A stretch of 64,000 nucleotides of DNA from Bacteroidales bacterium (GTDB lineage Bacteria; Bacteroidota; Bacteroidia; Bacteroidales; WCHB1-69). Both the position numbers and the translations under genes were made by a program. Below, piece after piece: positions 18,255-27,017 of the stretch (within the stretch, counting starts at the first letter, position 1; every line of letters begins with the position of its first letter). The DNA is taken from contig JAILCI010000012.1 in the NCBI GenBank assembly GCA_024686335.1, forward strand, positions 71,979 through 135,978, read 5' to 3'. Under the pieces are notes generated by a model. That model did no database searches. It was given only the letters and a program-made list of their open reading frames with translations, and had not been told where the DNA came from.

Positions 18255-18689
18255 TTACTGAACTGCCACATTGTCGGTCTTATCAAACCACTCAGCGATG
18301 GTTGCTTCGGCCTTTGCGATAATCTCAGGAGTGATCTTGTCGCGAACAGTGCGGATGACTATCACGATTGCCGTAGCTTCATCCATGACTCCTAACAATT
18401 TGAAAACACTTTGCGGTATCAAGTTGATAGGTGAGATAACATAGAAGATGCAACCGTAGATGAGTAGTCTCTGTTTGGTGGTAAGAGAGTCGTCTTTTAA
18501 AACATAGTAGAAGATTAAAAGGGGTTTGGCCGCTATGCGCCCCGCCTTCTTGGCATAGAGCTTGATCTTGTCCCATGTGCTGGTGTACAACTTGCTCCAA
18601 TCGATATTCCTTAGTCGGTCAATCAATTTTTTGGGATCTCTTCCTGTAAGGATGTACACGAAAATTAAAATTAATGTAGCTGTAATCAT
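18255..18689 (-). CDS. Small membrane protein, DUF1232 (YkvA)-like
   Basis: 144-aa ORF with an N-terminal TM. The 'LLIYGCIFYVISPINLIPQSVFKLLGVMDEA' segment resembles the DUF1232 'Y.isP.DliPD..p.lG..DD' core. Its own terminator lies downstream. Confidence 0.55.
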   Translation of the reverse strand: MITATLILIFVYILTGRDPKKLIDRLRNIDWSKLYTSTWDKIKLYAKKAGRIAAKPLLIFYYVLKDDSLTTKQRLLIYGCIFYVISPINLIPQSVFKLLGVMDEATAIVIVIRTVRDKITPEIIAKAEATIAEWFDKTDNVAVQ

Positions 18690-18830
18690 TGGTTTTCTTT
18701 TTTAGTGAACAAAGACATTAGAGTCTTTTTATGACTGATAGTTTAATTTTATTCTTTCTTATGCAATAAATATGCCATTCCGAGACAGGTATCTCTCGTC
18801 CTCTATTCAATCTCCTACAACTAATTTTTG

Positions 18831-18838
18831 TATCTTTG
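18831..18838 (+). promoter_or_regulatory. Candidate -7 box (TAnnTTTG) for the flippase/methyltransferase/GT4 operon
   Basis: tatctttg lies 22 nt upstream of the TTG start at 18860. Confidence 0.5.
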
Positions 18839-18859
18839 CAGCCTTTATGATGAAATATT

Positions 18860-20152
18860 TTGTTTAATAAGATTATAAACACTTTCGGCACTAAGATTGC
18901 GGCAGCTGTCATCAATTTTTTGATTGCGGTCGTCATTTCGCAGACATTGGGTGATGTGGGCAAGGGTGTACAGTCTTTGATGCTGACCACCATCACTTTC
19001 ATCCTCATCTTTTCGGAGATTGTTTGCGGCGAAAGCGTGGTCTTTTTGGCATCTCGCCACTCTTTTTCCAAGATTTTCGCACCCTCTATGATATGGGCAT
19101 TCCTCATCTCTCTGGTGATGGGTGCCGGGGTGATGCTCTTCTCTCCCGATGTGTCGACGGATATCGTCATCCACATCGCCGTTCTCTCCTTTATATCTTC
19201 AGCTAGTGCCATCAATTTTCGATTCCTTGTCGGCAAAGAGGAGATAAAAAAGGCAAACTATAACACACTACTACAGCCAGTCCTTATAATCCTGACGATT
19301 TTGGTCTATTATGTGGCTTTGAAGAAGCAGGATATCTATGGATATATAATTGGTCTGTATTTAGCATACGGTGGATCGTTTTTGCTAGGAGTATGGATGC
19401 TGCGTGATGAATATCGACAGTTGCGTCTGTTCTCTATTTCCGAGTATAAAGAGGTGTTGAAAGACCTTTTCAAATATGGATTTCTCAACCAGACGGGTCA
19501 TTTCGTGCAGTTCTTTAATCTGCGTCTGAACTACTATCTGCTTTATGCTTACATGGACGAGGGTAGGGTAGGCATATACTCCAATGCAGTCTCTTTGGCA
19601 GAGGCAATTTGGGTCATCAGTAACAGTATTGCCTTGGTTCAATATGCACGTATCTCGAATTCTGACGACCGTGCCTATAGCCAGCGTCTGACATTGAATC
19701 TCGGTAAGATATGCCTGCTGGTCTCCGCTTGTGCTGTCGTAGTGTTGGCTTTGTTGCCTTCGCCCGTATATCAGTTCATCTTCGGTCCAGAATTTGGCGA
19801 GATGGCCCCAGTGATTCGTATCCTTGCCCCTGGAGTGTTGCTATATTGCATCTTTCTCATCCTTGGACATTACTATTCTGGCATTGGCCGCTATCAGATG
19901 AATACTTTTGCTTCACTCTGCGGACTTGTCGTGACTTTTGCGTTAGGATTTACGCTGATACCGCGCTTCGATATCCAAGGGGCTGCTCTGACTGCTAGTG
20001 TGGCTTATTCCGTCAATGCGTTGTTTTTACTCGTCTTTTTTATCAGAGAGTCTCATTTTCAATGGAGAGACTTGATTCTGACACGAGGAGAAATTTCAAA
20101 TTATATAAAAGAACTTAAATCACATCTGAGTAGTTCTAAAAGCAATATGTAA
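18860..20152 (+). CDS. Polysaccharide/oligosaccharide flippase (Wzx-like, MOP superfamily)
   Basis: 430-aa polytopic membrane ORF whose N-terminus 'NKIINTFGTKIAAAVINFLIAVVISQTLG..GKG' is typical of polysaccharide biosynthesis proteins. The first codon is TTG. An in-frame stop 9 nt upstream leaves no earlier start. Confidence 0.7.
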   Translation: MFNKIINTFGTKIAAAVINFLIAVVISQTLGDVGKGVQSLMLTTITFILIFSEIVCGESVVFLASRHSFSKIFAPSMIWAFLISLVMGAGVMLFSPDVSTDIVIHIAVLSFISSASAINFRFLVGKEEIKKANYNTLLQPVLIILTILVYYVALKKQDIYGYIIGLYLAYGGSFLLGVWMLRDEYRQLRLFSISEYKEVLKDLFKYGFLNQTGHFVQFFNLRLNYYLLYAYMDEGRVGIYSNAVSLAEAIWVISNSIALVQYARISNSDDRAYSQRLTLNLGKICLLVSACAVVVLALLPSPVYQFIFGPEFGEMAPVIRILAPGVLLYCIFLILGHYYSGIGRYQMNTFASLCGLVVTFALGFTLIPRFDIQGAALTASVAYSVNALFLLVFFIRESHFQWRDLILTRGEISNYIKELKSHLSSSKSNM

Positions 20153-20184
20153 ATAGATTATTTGAGCAATTAATATAGGATTTT

Positions 20185-21003
20185 ATGAAAGTATCCATAA
20201 AAAAAGGTCTGAAAGCATTGGGATTGATATGCAAGCATCCTTATCTGTTGAATGCCGTCATCAATGACGAGGGCGTCCGCAAGGAGGAGGTTATTCGTCG
20301 ATACGGTTTGGAAGCGGGTCTCCCTATGGTGGAGATCCATCAACTCTTCTCGGATTTTGAAGAGACTGTTTCACCTTATGCTTATCTTTCTGGCGCGACG
20401 ATGCCCATTGACATTGCGCTTTTGCGAATGCTCGCGCGTAGACAACAAGTGAGCGACTACTTTGAAATCGGCACATGGCGCGGTGAGAGCGTCGCCAATA
20501 TGGCTGCTGTTGTAGAACGCTGTGTCACATTTAATCTGCCTAAAGAGGAGATTATGAAACTGACTCACGATGAACGCTATGCCGACCTGCATGGCTTCTT
20601 CTCAAATCATCTTGAGAATGTGACCCAACTCTATGGAAATTCGCAGACCTTTGATTTTACATCCTACCATAAATCTTTTGATATGGTCTTTATAGATGGA
20701 GACCATCATTATGAAGCGGTAAAGAAGGATACTGAAACGGCCTTTAAAATGCTCCGTGACGAGAAATCTGTCATCGTGTGGCATGATTACGCACTGGATC
20801 CGGAAACTGTCCGCTGGAATGTTCTTTTGGCGATCCTGGATGGAACACCTGCTGACAAGCGTAAACATCTGTATCATATCTCTAATACTTTGTGTGCAGT
20901 CTATATACCCGAAGACCTGTCCGCAACATCGATGATTCCATACAGCGTGCCGCAGAAGTTTTTCGATATAACAATAAAGAGTCGTTTTTGTGATAAAAAA
21001 TAA
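20185..21003 (+). CDS. Class I SAM-dependent methyltransferase (Methyltransf_24/CmcI-like)
   Basis: 272-aa ORF with 'YFEIGTWRGES' (SAM-binding loop) and 'FDMVFIDGDHHYEAVKKD..VIVWHDY'. Confidence 0.65.
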   Translation: MKVSIKKGLKALGLICKHPYLLNAVINDEGVRKEEVIRRYGLEAGLPMVEIHQLFSDFEETVSPYAYLSGATMPIDIALLRMLARRQQVSDYFEIGTWRGESVANMAAVVERCVTFNLPKEEIMKLTHDERYADLHGFFSNHLENVTQLYGNSQTFDFTSYHKSFDMVFIDGDHHYEAVKKDTETAFKMLRDEKSVIVWHDYALDPETVRWNVLLAILDGTPADKRKHLYHISNTLCAVYIPEDLSATSMIPYSVPQKFFDITIKSRFCDKK

Positions 21004-21009
21004 CCGGAT

Positions 21010-22158
21010 ATGAATGTCTTACACCTTCTGAGTTGGTTTCCGTCGCCGGATGATCCTACATTGGGCAATTTCTGTATTCGTCAGATTGAGTCGCTGCCAG
21101 AGGATTGTCATTCAGTGATTTTGTCTGTGTATGATGATCCTAAGTTGGACCGTGACATGGCAGTTGAGACTATCAAAGAGGAGCGTTATACACATGTTCA
21201 GATACATATCCGTACCCCGAAGATTCCTGTTGAAGGATTGAGAAAGCTTTGGCGCAAATGGCGTATTTATCGAACCTATCAGTACGGCTTAAAGTATGTG
21301 TGTGCGAAATTTTTCACTCCAGATTTTATTCATCTGCACGTGGCATATCCTTTGGGTCGCATTGCTCTCCGTTGGCATAAACGTTTCAAGTTTCCCTATC
21401 TGATGACGGAGCATTGGACGATCTACCAACCTCAGAATGATGCCCTGTTTAAAGGGAAATTACGTCGAAGAGTAGTTAATATCGCCAACAATGCTGAGGT
21501 TATCTTGCCCGTCAGTGATGATTTGCGTCGAAATATGGAGCGTCATGGAGTAAAGAATCGTTTTGAGGTAATCTACAACGTAGTGAATACAGACCGATTC
21601 ACTTTGGCTCCTCTGCAAGTTGATCGTCCTCGCAAGCAAATGTTGCATATCTCAACTTTGCGTGATGAAGCCAAGAATTTTTCCGGTCTTCTGAGAACGT
21701 TAGAACGTTTGAAAGAGATTAGAACTGACTTTCAGTTACATGTTATCCATGACTATCAGGCCCCTGACTTTGAAGAGTATGTCCGTCAACATGGACTATC
21801 CGACTTCGTAGTCTTTCACGGAAGACAAACGCCGCAAGGAGTTGCCGATTTCTTCGCAAAAAGTGACTTTTTCGTGCTGTTTTCGAATTTTGAAAATCTT
21901 CCGTGTGTCATAGTTGAATCCTTCGCATCGGGAGTTCCTGTTTTGTCCACCAATGTGGGTGGCATAGCTGAGATTGTCACTCCTGAGCGTGGTCTTCTGG
22001 TGTCATCAGGAGATGAAAATGCGTTGCTGGAGAAACTGCAATATATGTTGGATCATTTTGCAGAATACGATAGGGAATCTATCCGGCAATATGCCGTGGA
22101 GACTTTCAGTATGAAACAGATTGGGAGTCAGATCTACGAACAATACCGTTCTTTGTAG
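21010..22158 (+). CDS. Glycosyltransferase family 4 (GT-B, group 1)
   Basis: 382-aa ORF with the C-terminal 'FENLPCVIVESFASGVPVLSTNVGGIAEIV' E-x7-E type motif. It lies 6 nt after the methyltransferase. Confidence 0.8.
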   Translation: MNVLHLLSWFPSPDDPTLGNFCIRQIESLPEDCHSVILSVYDDPKLDRDMAVETIKEERYTHVQIHIRTPKIPVEGLRKLWRKWRIYRTYQYGLKYVCAKFFTPDFIHLHVAYPLGRIALRWHKRFKFPYLMTEHWTIYQPQNDALFKGKLRRRVVNIANNAEVILPVSDDLRRNMERHGVKNRFEVIYNVVNTDRFTLAPLQVDRPRKQMLHISTLRDEAKNFSGLLRTLERLKEIRTDFQLHVIHDYQAPDFEEYVRQHGLSDFVVFHGRQTPQGVADFFAKSDFFVLFSNFENLPCVIVESFASGVPVLSTNVGGIAEIVTPERGLLVSSGDENALLEKLQYMLDHFAEYDRESIRQYAVETFSMKQIGSQIYEQYRSL

Positions 22159-22178
22159 GGTCGATGCGTGCATCGACC
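22159..22178. terminator. GC-rich hairpin between convergent GT4 and gldH genes (no U-tract)
   Basis: ggtcgatg-cgtg-catcgacc: an 8-bp perfect stem with a 4-nt loop, immediately after the GT4 stop. No T-run on either strand, so function as an intrinsic terminator is uncertain. Confidence 0.35.
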
Positions 22179-22188
22179 ACGCCGAAAA

Positions 22189-22659
22189 TTATTTAAACTT
22201 CTCTAAAGAGATTCCGAAGTCGCTGACACCATTTACCTTGTCAACTCGCATGCCTTGGGTGACGGAAAAAGTATATTCACCGTTGAATGGGAATCGTATG
22301 TTTTTCTGGAATAGGAACTTGTTGTCTTTGATACGGCCTTGTCCCTTGCCTGTCCATTTTCCATAGGGATCACAAAGTATGAAGCACAAGGTGTCCTGCT
22401 CGGCATGTCCGTCAGGGTATGTGGTGCGCATGAAGACATAGAAGTTCTGCGTTTCAAAGTCTGTGGTATTGCGCAGATGGATGAACATATTATAGTACTG
22501 CATAGAATCCTCGATGTTGACTTTAAAGGTCAGAGGTTCTGTGACATCCCATTTTTCATTAGGGATGCTCTTGATGTCGCTATAATAGACATTGCTGTTG
22601 CAAGCGCTAAAGAGAAATAGCACCATGGCAAAGAGTCCTAATAATATGTTGCGTTTCAT
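22189..22659 (-). CDS. gldH: Gliding-motility-associated lipoprotein GldH family
   Basis: 156-aa ORF with lipobox 'LFSAC'. The pattern 'W....PL.F.V.I.D....Y......LR.....F...N..........DG....D.L.F.L.D..GKWTGKG.G' fits GldH. It sits directly downstream of a PSP1-domain gene. Confidence 0.7.
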   Translation of the reverse strand: MKRNILLGLFAMVLFLFSACNSNVYYSDIKSIPNEKWDVTEPLTFKVNIEDSMQYYNMFIHLRNTTDFETQNFYVFMRTTYPDGHAEQDTLCFILCDPYGKWTGKGQGRIKDNKFLFQKNIRFPFNGEYTFSVTQGMRVDKVNGVSDFGISLEKFK

Positions 22660-22663
22660 AATG

Positions 22664-24094
22664 TTATGCGTCTGTTAGATGCTTAAGTTCATCCATGCTG
22701 TAGTTGTTACCCTCATCGAATTTCTTCTGGTTGACGATGGCAAAGTCCTCCAGTTTTTCCGGGAAGTTGCCCTTCTCATTCATCGCTATTATCTCCTTGA
22801 CTTTGTCAAGCGGAATGGCAAACATGTTGGAGGAGTCATTGGCGTAAGAGTACCATACGATTTTTTTGAAGATGTCAATCTTGTTGTATATGCCTTTTCC
22901 TTTCTTGGTCTTGAGCTGAATGTTGGAGGATGGGAAGTCGCTAAGTTCCTGTTTGTAGGTTTCTTGCTCAAAGTTAAGGCAGCATTTCAGTTTGCCGCAC
23001 ATACCCGCCAGTTTCTGAGGGTTGAGTGAGAGTTGTTGAGTACGAGCAGTGTAGGTAGAGACAGATTGGAAGTTGGAGAGCCAAGAGGCGCAGCAGAGCT
23101 CACGGCCGCAGGAACCGAGACCACCCAGGCGGGCAGCTTCCTGACGTACGCCGATTTGACGCATCTCGATACGGATATGGAAATGTTCAGCCAGAATCTT
23201 GATCAGTTCACGGAAGTCTACACGCTCTTCTGCAGAGTAGTAGAAGATGGCTTTGGTGCCGTCACCTTGGTATTCCACATCGTTAACCTTCATCTTCAGA
23301 TCCAGATCCCAGGCTGTATATCGGGAAGAGAGCATAGTGGCATGCTCTTTATCAACGGTCGCAATCCACTCTTCAATGTCTGCATAGCGTGCTTGACGGT
23401 AAAGCTTCTTGGTCACATCCTCTGCTTTAACCTTTTTGTGTTCCATCTGACGTTTCACCTGAATGCCTAGCATGGAGATGATTCCGATGTCGTGGCCAGT
23501 GGCAGCCTCTACCGCTACGATATCGCCAACATGAAAAACATGGTCTGGAGGTAGCAGGAAGAAGTCTTTGTGGCTGTTTTTGAAACGCACTTCAGCGATC
23601 GGAAACTCCAGGTAATCCATGGAAATGTCCAGCTTTTCTGTCCAGTCGTGGGAAGGCAGTTTGCAAGCATTGTAGTTGTATTGCTTGCAGTGTGCTGATT
23701 CGGGGTCGGGGAGATCGCTCAAGCCACGCGTAAGAAAGATGTTCTGTGCAATTTTCTCAGACTCAGCAGAGAGACCGGTGCGCACGTCCATATCAAGGTA
23801 CTGCTCCCAATCCTCTTCAGGGTTACGGTAGCTGTCCTCTTTGTCAATTATCTTTTCCGGTTTCTTGCTTTTGAATGTTCTTGCAATCTCATCAGCCTCT
23901 TGTTCGTTCAGTTCCGGTTCTTCTATCGTGGAGTCAATTTCAGGAGTCTCATTGGTGTCAGTTGCTACCTCTTCGGTCACAACTTCTTCGGTGTTTTGAA
24001 CTTCCTCCTGAATGGGGAGTTGCTCATTTATCTTTTTATCTTCCTGATTTTTAGTATTTTTATGACGTCTTTTTCTATTATTGTCAGTCTTCAT
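22664..24094 (-). CDS. PSP1 domain protein (RicT/YaaT-like)
   Basis: Contains 'GSCGRELCCASWLSNFQSVSTYTARTQQLSLNPQKLAGMCGKLKCCLNFE', the PSP1 C-terminal Cys motif. The ORF-track start (24214) overlaps the upstream gene, and a TAnnTTTG box sits inside that extension. I therefore prefer MKTDNNRK.. at 24094. Confidence 0.8.
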   Translation of the reverse strand: MKTDNNRKRRHKNTKNQEDKKINEQLPIQEEVQNTEEVVTEEVATDTNETPEIDSTIEEPELNEQEADEIARTFKSKKPEKIIDKEDSYRNPEEDWEQYLDMDVRTGLSAESEKIAQNIFLTRGLSDLPDPESAHCKQYNYNACKLPSHDWTEKLDISMDYLEFPIAEVRFKNSHKDFFLLPPDHVFHVGDIVAVEAATGHDIGIISMLGIQVKRQMEHKKVKAEDVTKKLYRQARYADIEEWIATVDKEHATMLSSRYTAWDLDLKMKVNDVEYQGDGTKAIFYYSAEERVDFRELIKILAEHFHIRIEMRQIGVRQEAARLGGLGSCGRELCCASWLSNFQSVSTYTARTQQLSLNPQKLAGMCGKLKCCLNFEQETYKQELSDFPSSNIQLKTKKGKGIYNKIDIFKKIVWYSYANDSSNMFAIPLDKVKEIIAMNEKGNFPEKLEDFAIVNQKKFDEGNNYSMDELKHLTDA

Positions 24095-24116
24095 TAACGT
24101 ATTATTATAAAGTTGG

Positions 24117-24124
24117 CAAAAATA
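24117..24124 (-). promoter_or_regulatory. Candidate -7 box (TAnnTTTG) for the PSP1-gldH unit
   Basis: The plus strand reads caaaaata, which is tatttttg on minus, 23-30 nt upstream of the ATG at 24094. Confidence 0.5.
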
Positions 24125-24201
24125 CAAAAATATTATGAGATGAAGGGTGTTTTTATGCTCAAAATGTCTACAGTTACCGAGAATGCTATCCGAGTCACTC
24201 G

Positions 24202-26133
24202 TTACCAGTTCCAAGCTACTTGAACTCTTAATTCCGTTTTGTGGGGTTTGTTGATTTGTGTCAGACCGCTGCTTATGATTTTTCTGTCTATGTAGTAGGT
24301 TTGTCCGACTCTAGCCCAGATGGTGAAGAAACGGTATTTAAACCGTAACACAAGATAACCTCTCACGCCTTGGTAGTAATAAGAGCCGATTGTGAATGCA
24401 TAGTAAACGTCATTTTCGTAAGCGTAAAGTCGCTCGTCGTATCGGTCGGTGTCAAAGTATGCGATGCGGGCATTTATTGCGATGCGATCTTTCCAGCATT
24501 TGACTCCAACATCTTGATAGAGAAGTAATCCTTGGTAATGCTCGCTTGGTTGCCTAAGTACGGTTATTCGCCAGGTTATTCCGCTTTTGCAGCTGACGTG
24601 TGCCGATGGTTGATATTGCCATACGAGACGTAGTCGGTGTTGCTGTTGTTCTCGCAGCACATTGTAGTATGGGCTCTCGTTTCCATTGATGGATTTGCCG
24701 CGGAAGGTGTAGGTGAGGTTCAGATGGTTGTTGCGTGTGAGATTGCAGACGAGCGCGACGCCCCCATCGAAAACGCTGACCGGAGCATCGAGACGGTAGG
24801 TGGGAGTCCGAAGGAGATAATAGTCAAAGTAGGTCCTGAGTTCCATTTTTCGGTTGAGGATGTGTTGGACGCTGAGATAGAGGCCTGTTTCTCCACTGTT
24901 TTTACTGTTAGCTCCGAAGGCTTTTCCCAATGGTGCCGAGAATCCTATATCGTAATGACGGAAGATGACGGCAAGTCGTGTGATGGGTGTCAATGCTATG
25001 TTGACACCTTGCATGGCTGCGATTTTGCCGCTATTGGTGACAGAAAATTCTCCGTATAGCAGTGTCTTTTTGATAGTCGTTTGATAGTCTATGCCTGCGG
25101 ATAGGTTTTGGAAAGTGAGGAGGTGGTATTCTGGCGGCCGCAGTGAGGAGGTGTCCCTAAGGAAGAATGAGGCTATGCGGCCGCCGATTCGGAAATGTCG
25201 ATGGACGAAGGCAATGTTTGCACCGGTAGCATAGTTGTTTGTTCCAGCCTGTTGTCCAGCGAAGATGGTGCCCTGTATGGCAGTGTTGCCTATTGTGACG
25301 GCCGTGCCCCGAAGGAAGTCACTTTCGTTAGTAGGAGCCACCGCGCGGATGCCTGTACTGAATCGTCGTAGCTGGCTAATATCCCCACCCCGCCCAGAGA
25401 GCATTGAGTTACCCATCACCAGACCTTGTCCGAAGTTGAGACGATAGTCGCCGATAACAGCTTGTCGCAAAATCCCAAATCCTTTTAGAGCTAGTGATCC
25501 CGAGTAGAAGTCGAAACCATAGCGTTGCTGACCTCGGAAGAACTGCTCTCCAGCGTCTTTCTCACCCGAAATTTTGATGAGAAGTTTATCTTGCGAGTTG
25601 AAGGTGTATCGGAAGCAAAGATGGTCTCGAGAACCATCATAGTGCGTTGGTCTGCTCGTGTCATAGCCCGCCTGCCGTTCCAAAACCCAACTGTCACGCA
25701 CAATCAACGTGTTGCGACATCTTTTGAAGAGATTTTTCCAGAACTCTTTCTTCTTGGGTATGGGTTCAGCAACCACTAGCGGTTCAAGGCGTTCCATATC
25801 TTGTTGGGAGAATCCGGCAATGGCTGCCAACTCATACACACTGACCAATGCTCCAGATTCTTCTATGTACAACTGTAGCTGATAGTACTGATAGTCGCTG
25901 AGACCAAGCCGTTGTACGGCAGCGGAGTAGGATAGAGTGTTTAGATTTAATGGTCCGTCATATTCTTCCAGTTCCTCTAACAATTCTTCAGCGCTGTATT
26001 CTTGTTCCTCACTTGCGGAACTTATCTCTTCTATCGATTCTTCAGCTTGTTGCAGATATAGAAGAGTGTCCACTTGTCCTGCTAAAGCACCCGCAATGAA
26101 TAATATTCCCAATGTCAGAATCCACTTCTTCAT
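24202..26133 (-). CDS. Secreted helix-hairpin-helix (ComEA-like) domain protein with a large putative outer-membrane beta-barrel C-terminal region
   Basis: 643 aa. It has a signal peptide, an acidic linker, and 'LNLNTLSYSAAVQRLGLSDYQYYQLQLYIEESGALVSVYELAAIAGFSQQDMERL' (tandem HhH-like). About 500 aa follow with alternating amphipathic strands, ending '..RVQVAWNW' (aromatic terminal residue). Confidence 0.6.
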   Translation of the reverse strand: MKKWILTLGILFIAGALAGQVDTLLYLQQAEESIEEISSASEEQEYSAEELLEELEEYDGPLNLNTLSYSAAVQRLGLSDYQYYQLQLYIEESGALVSVYELAAIAGFSQQDMERLEPLVVAEPIPKKKEFWKNLFKRCRNTLIVRDSWVLERQAGYDTSRPTHYDGSRDHLCFRYTFNSQDKLLIKISGEKDAGEQFFRGQQRYGFDFYSGSLALKGFGILRQAVIGDYRLNFGQGLVMGNSMLSGRGGDISQLRRFSTGIRAVAPTNESDFLRGTAVTIGNTAIQGTIFAGQQAGTNNYATGANIAFVHRHFRIGGRIASFFLRDTSSLRPPEYHLLTFQNLSAGIDYQTTIKKTLLYGEFSVTNSGKIAAMQGVNIALTPITRLAVIFRHYDIGFSAPLGKAFGANSKNSGETGLYLSVQHILNRKMELRTYFDYYLLRTPTYRLDAPVSVFDGGVALVCNLTRNNHLNLTYTFRGKSINGNESPYYNVLREQQQHRLRLVWQYQPSAHVSCKSGITWRITVLRQPSEHYQGLLLYQDVGVKCWKDRIAINARIAYFDTDRYDERLYAYENDVYYAFTIGSYYYQGVRGYLVLRFKYRFFTIWARVGQTYYIDRKIISSGLTQINKPHKTELRVQVAWNW

Positions 26134-26906
26134 GTCAGTCTATTGCTATAAAATCCATAAATGTCCATAGCGGGAATAATACCCGAGCGATAGTACCAGT
26201 CACCCCTTATCTGGATCTTCAGATTCTTCCAACCCAACATGATACTTAACCCACATCTCTGATTACTGCAGACGAGTCGTAGATAAAGCGGATTGATAGG
26301 AGTATAGTGCACGCTCCCTCCAATCTCGAATCCTTTTGGCAGCCGTTTGTGTACAAATACGTCTAGAAATACTTGTTTACTCGCAGAATATCTCGCCAAC
26401 ACATCAAAGGTCATGGGGATGACCTCGTCTCCAGTCACCCCGTATTTCATTCTGATTGGATTGTACAAAGTGACAGCTAGCAGCAACTTCTTGTTCATCT
26501 GGTAGGCGGCCGAGATGTCAATAGTGAAAGAGTGGGTGCTTTCATAGTTGCGTGCATGTTGCCAGAGATAGCATCCTCGCAGTACAATGCAGACCTTCCG
26601 GCCGAATCTTCTTCCATACCCTAAGCGTAATTCAGCAGTCCCAAAAGCTCTGTATCCAGTGTGTCTCAAGCTCCAGTAAAGTCCATTGCCTTGGAATACA
26701 TGCGAGCCCTCTAAGCATGTCTCGGAGATTTCTTTAGTCAGAAAGTGATTTCGGTAGCAGCTGTGGAGAGCGTGCCCGTCGGGAAAGAGCCAAATGGACG
26801 GGTGCTCATCAACAGTATAGATTTGCCAGGGAACAGTCTCTTGCCCTTGCAGAGTCCCCCAAATCATAAATATGAAAATCCCGAATAATCTCGTTGCCGC
26901 TTTCAT
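26130..26906 (-). CDS. Hypothetical secreted protein (possible small beta-barrel), translationally coupled to the HhH protein
   Basis: 258-aa ORF with signal peptide 'LFGIFIFMIWGTLQGQ' and a 4-nt overlap with the downstream start. I recognised no family. Confidence 0.55.
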   Translation of the reverse strand: MKAATRLFGIFIFMIWGTLQGQETVPWQIYTVDEHPSIWLFPDGHALHSCYRNHFLTKEISETCLEGSHVFQGNGLYWSLRHTGYRAFGTAELRLGYGRRFGRKVCIVLRGCYLWQHARNYESTHSFTIDISAAYQMNKKLLLAVTLYNPIRMKYGVTGDEVIPMTFDVLARYSASKQVFLDVFVHKRLPKGFEIGGSVHYTPINPLYLRLVCSNQRCGLSIMLGWKNLKIQIRGDWYYRSGIIPAMDIYGFYSNRLT

Positions 26907-26928
26907 TTTGTTTTCGTTTTGTCAGCGG

Positions 26929-26936
26929 CAAATATA
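26929..26936 (-). promoter_or_regulatory. Candidate -7 box (TAnnTTTG) for the 26130-26906 / HhH gene pair
   Basis: The plus strand reads caaatata, which is tatatttg on minus, 23-30 nt upstream of the ATG at 26906. Confidence 0.5.
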
Positions 26937-27017
26937 TATCATATTTTACCTAAAGTCAAGTAAAATTTTCAATAATTTTAATTATTTACAATTAATTGTT
27001 AAATAATTGAGGTAAAA

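Noticed and set aside
18847-18867. A 6-codon upstream ORF (ATG ATG AAA TAT TTT GTT TAA) overlapping the TTG start of the flippase.
   Set aside because: It is too short to evaluate and has no conservation information. It is most simply a chance ATG pair in an AT-rich leader. Noted only because the flippase lacks an ATG start.
18718-19236. A 172-aa minus-strand ORF overlapping the flippase 5' end.
   Set aside because: It is antisense to a well-formed polytopic flippase ORF and spans that gene's promoter box. It has no recognisable domain.
22189-22659. gldH as evidence for gliding motility or an unusual motility island.
   Set aside because: GldH-family lipoproteins downstream of PSP1 genes occur widely in Bacteroidetes, including non-gliding ones. 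No other gld/spr motility genes are in the window.
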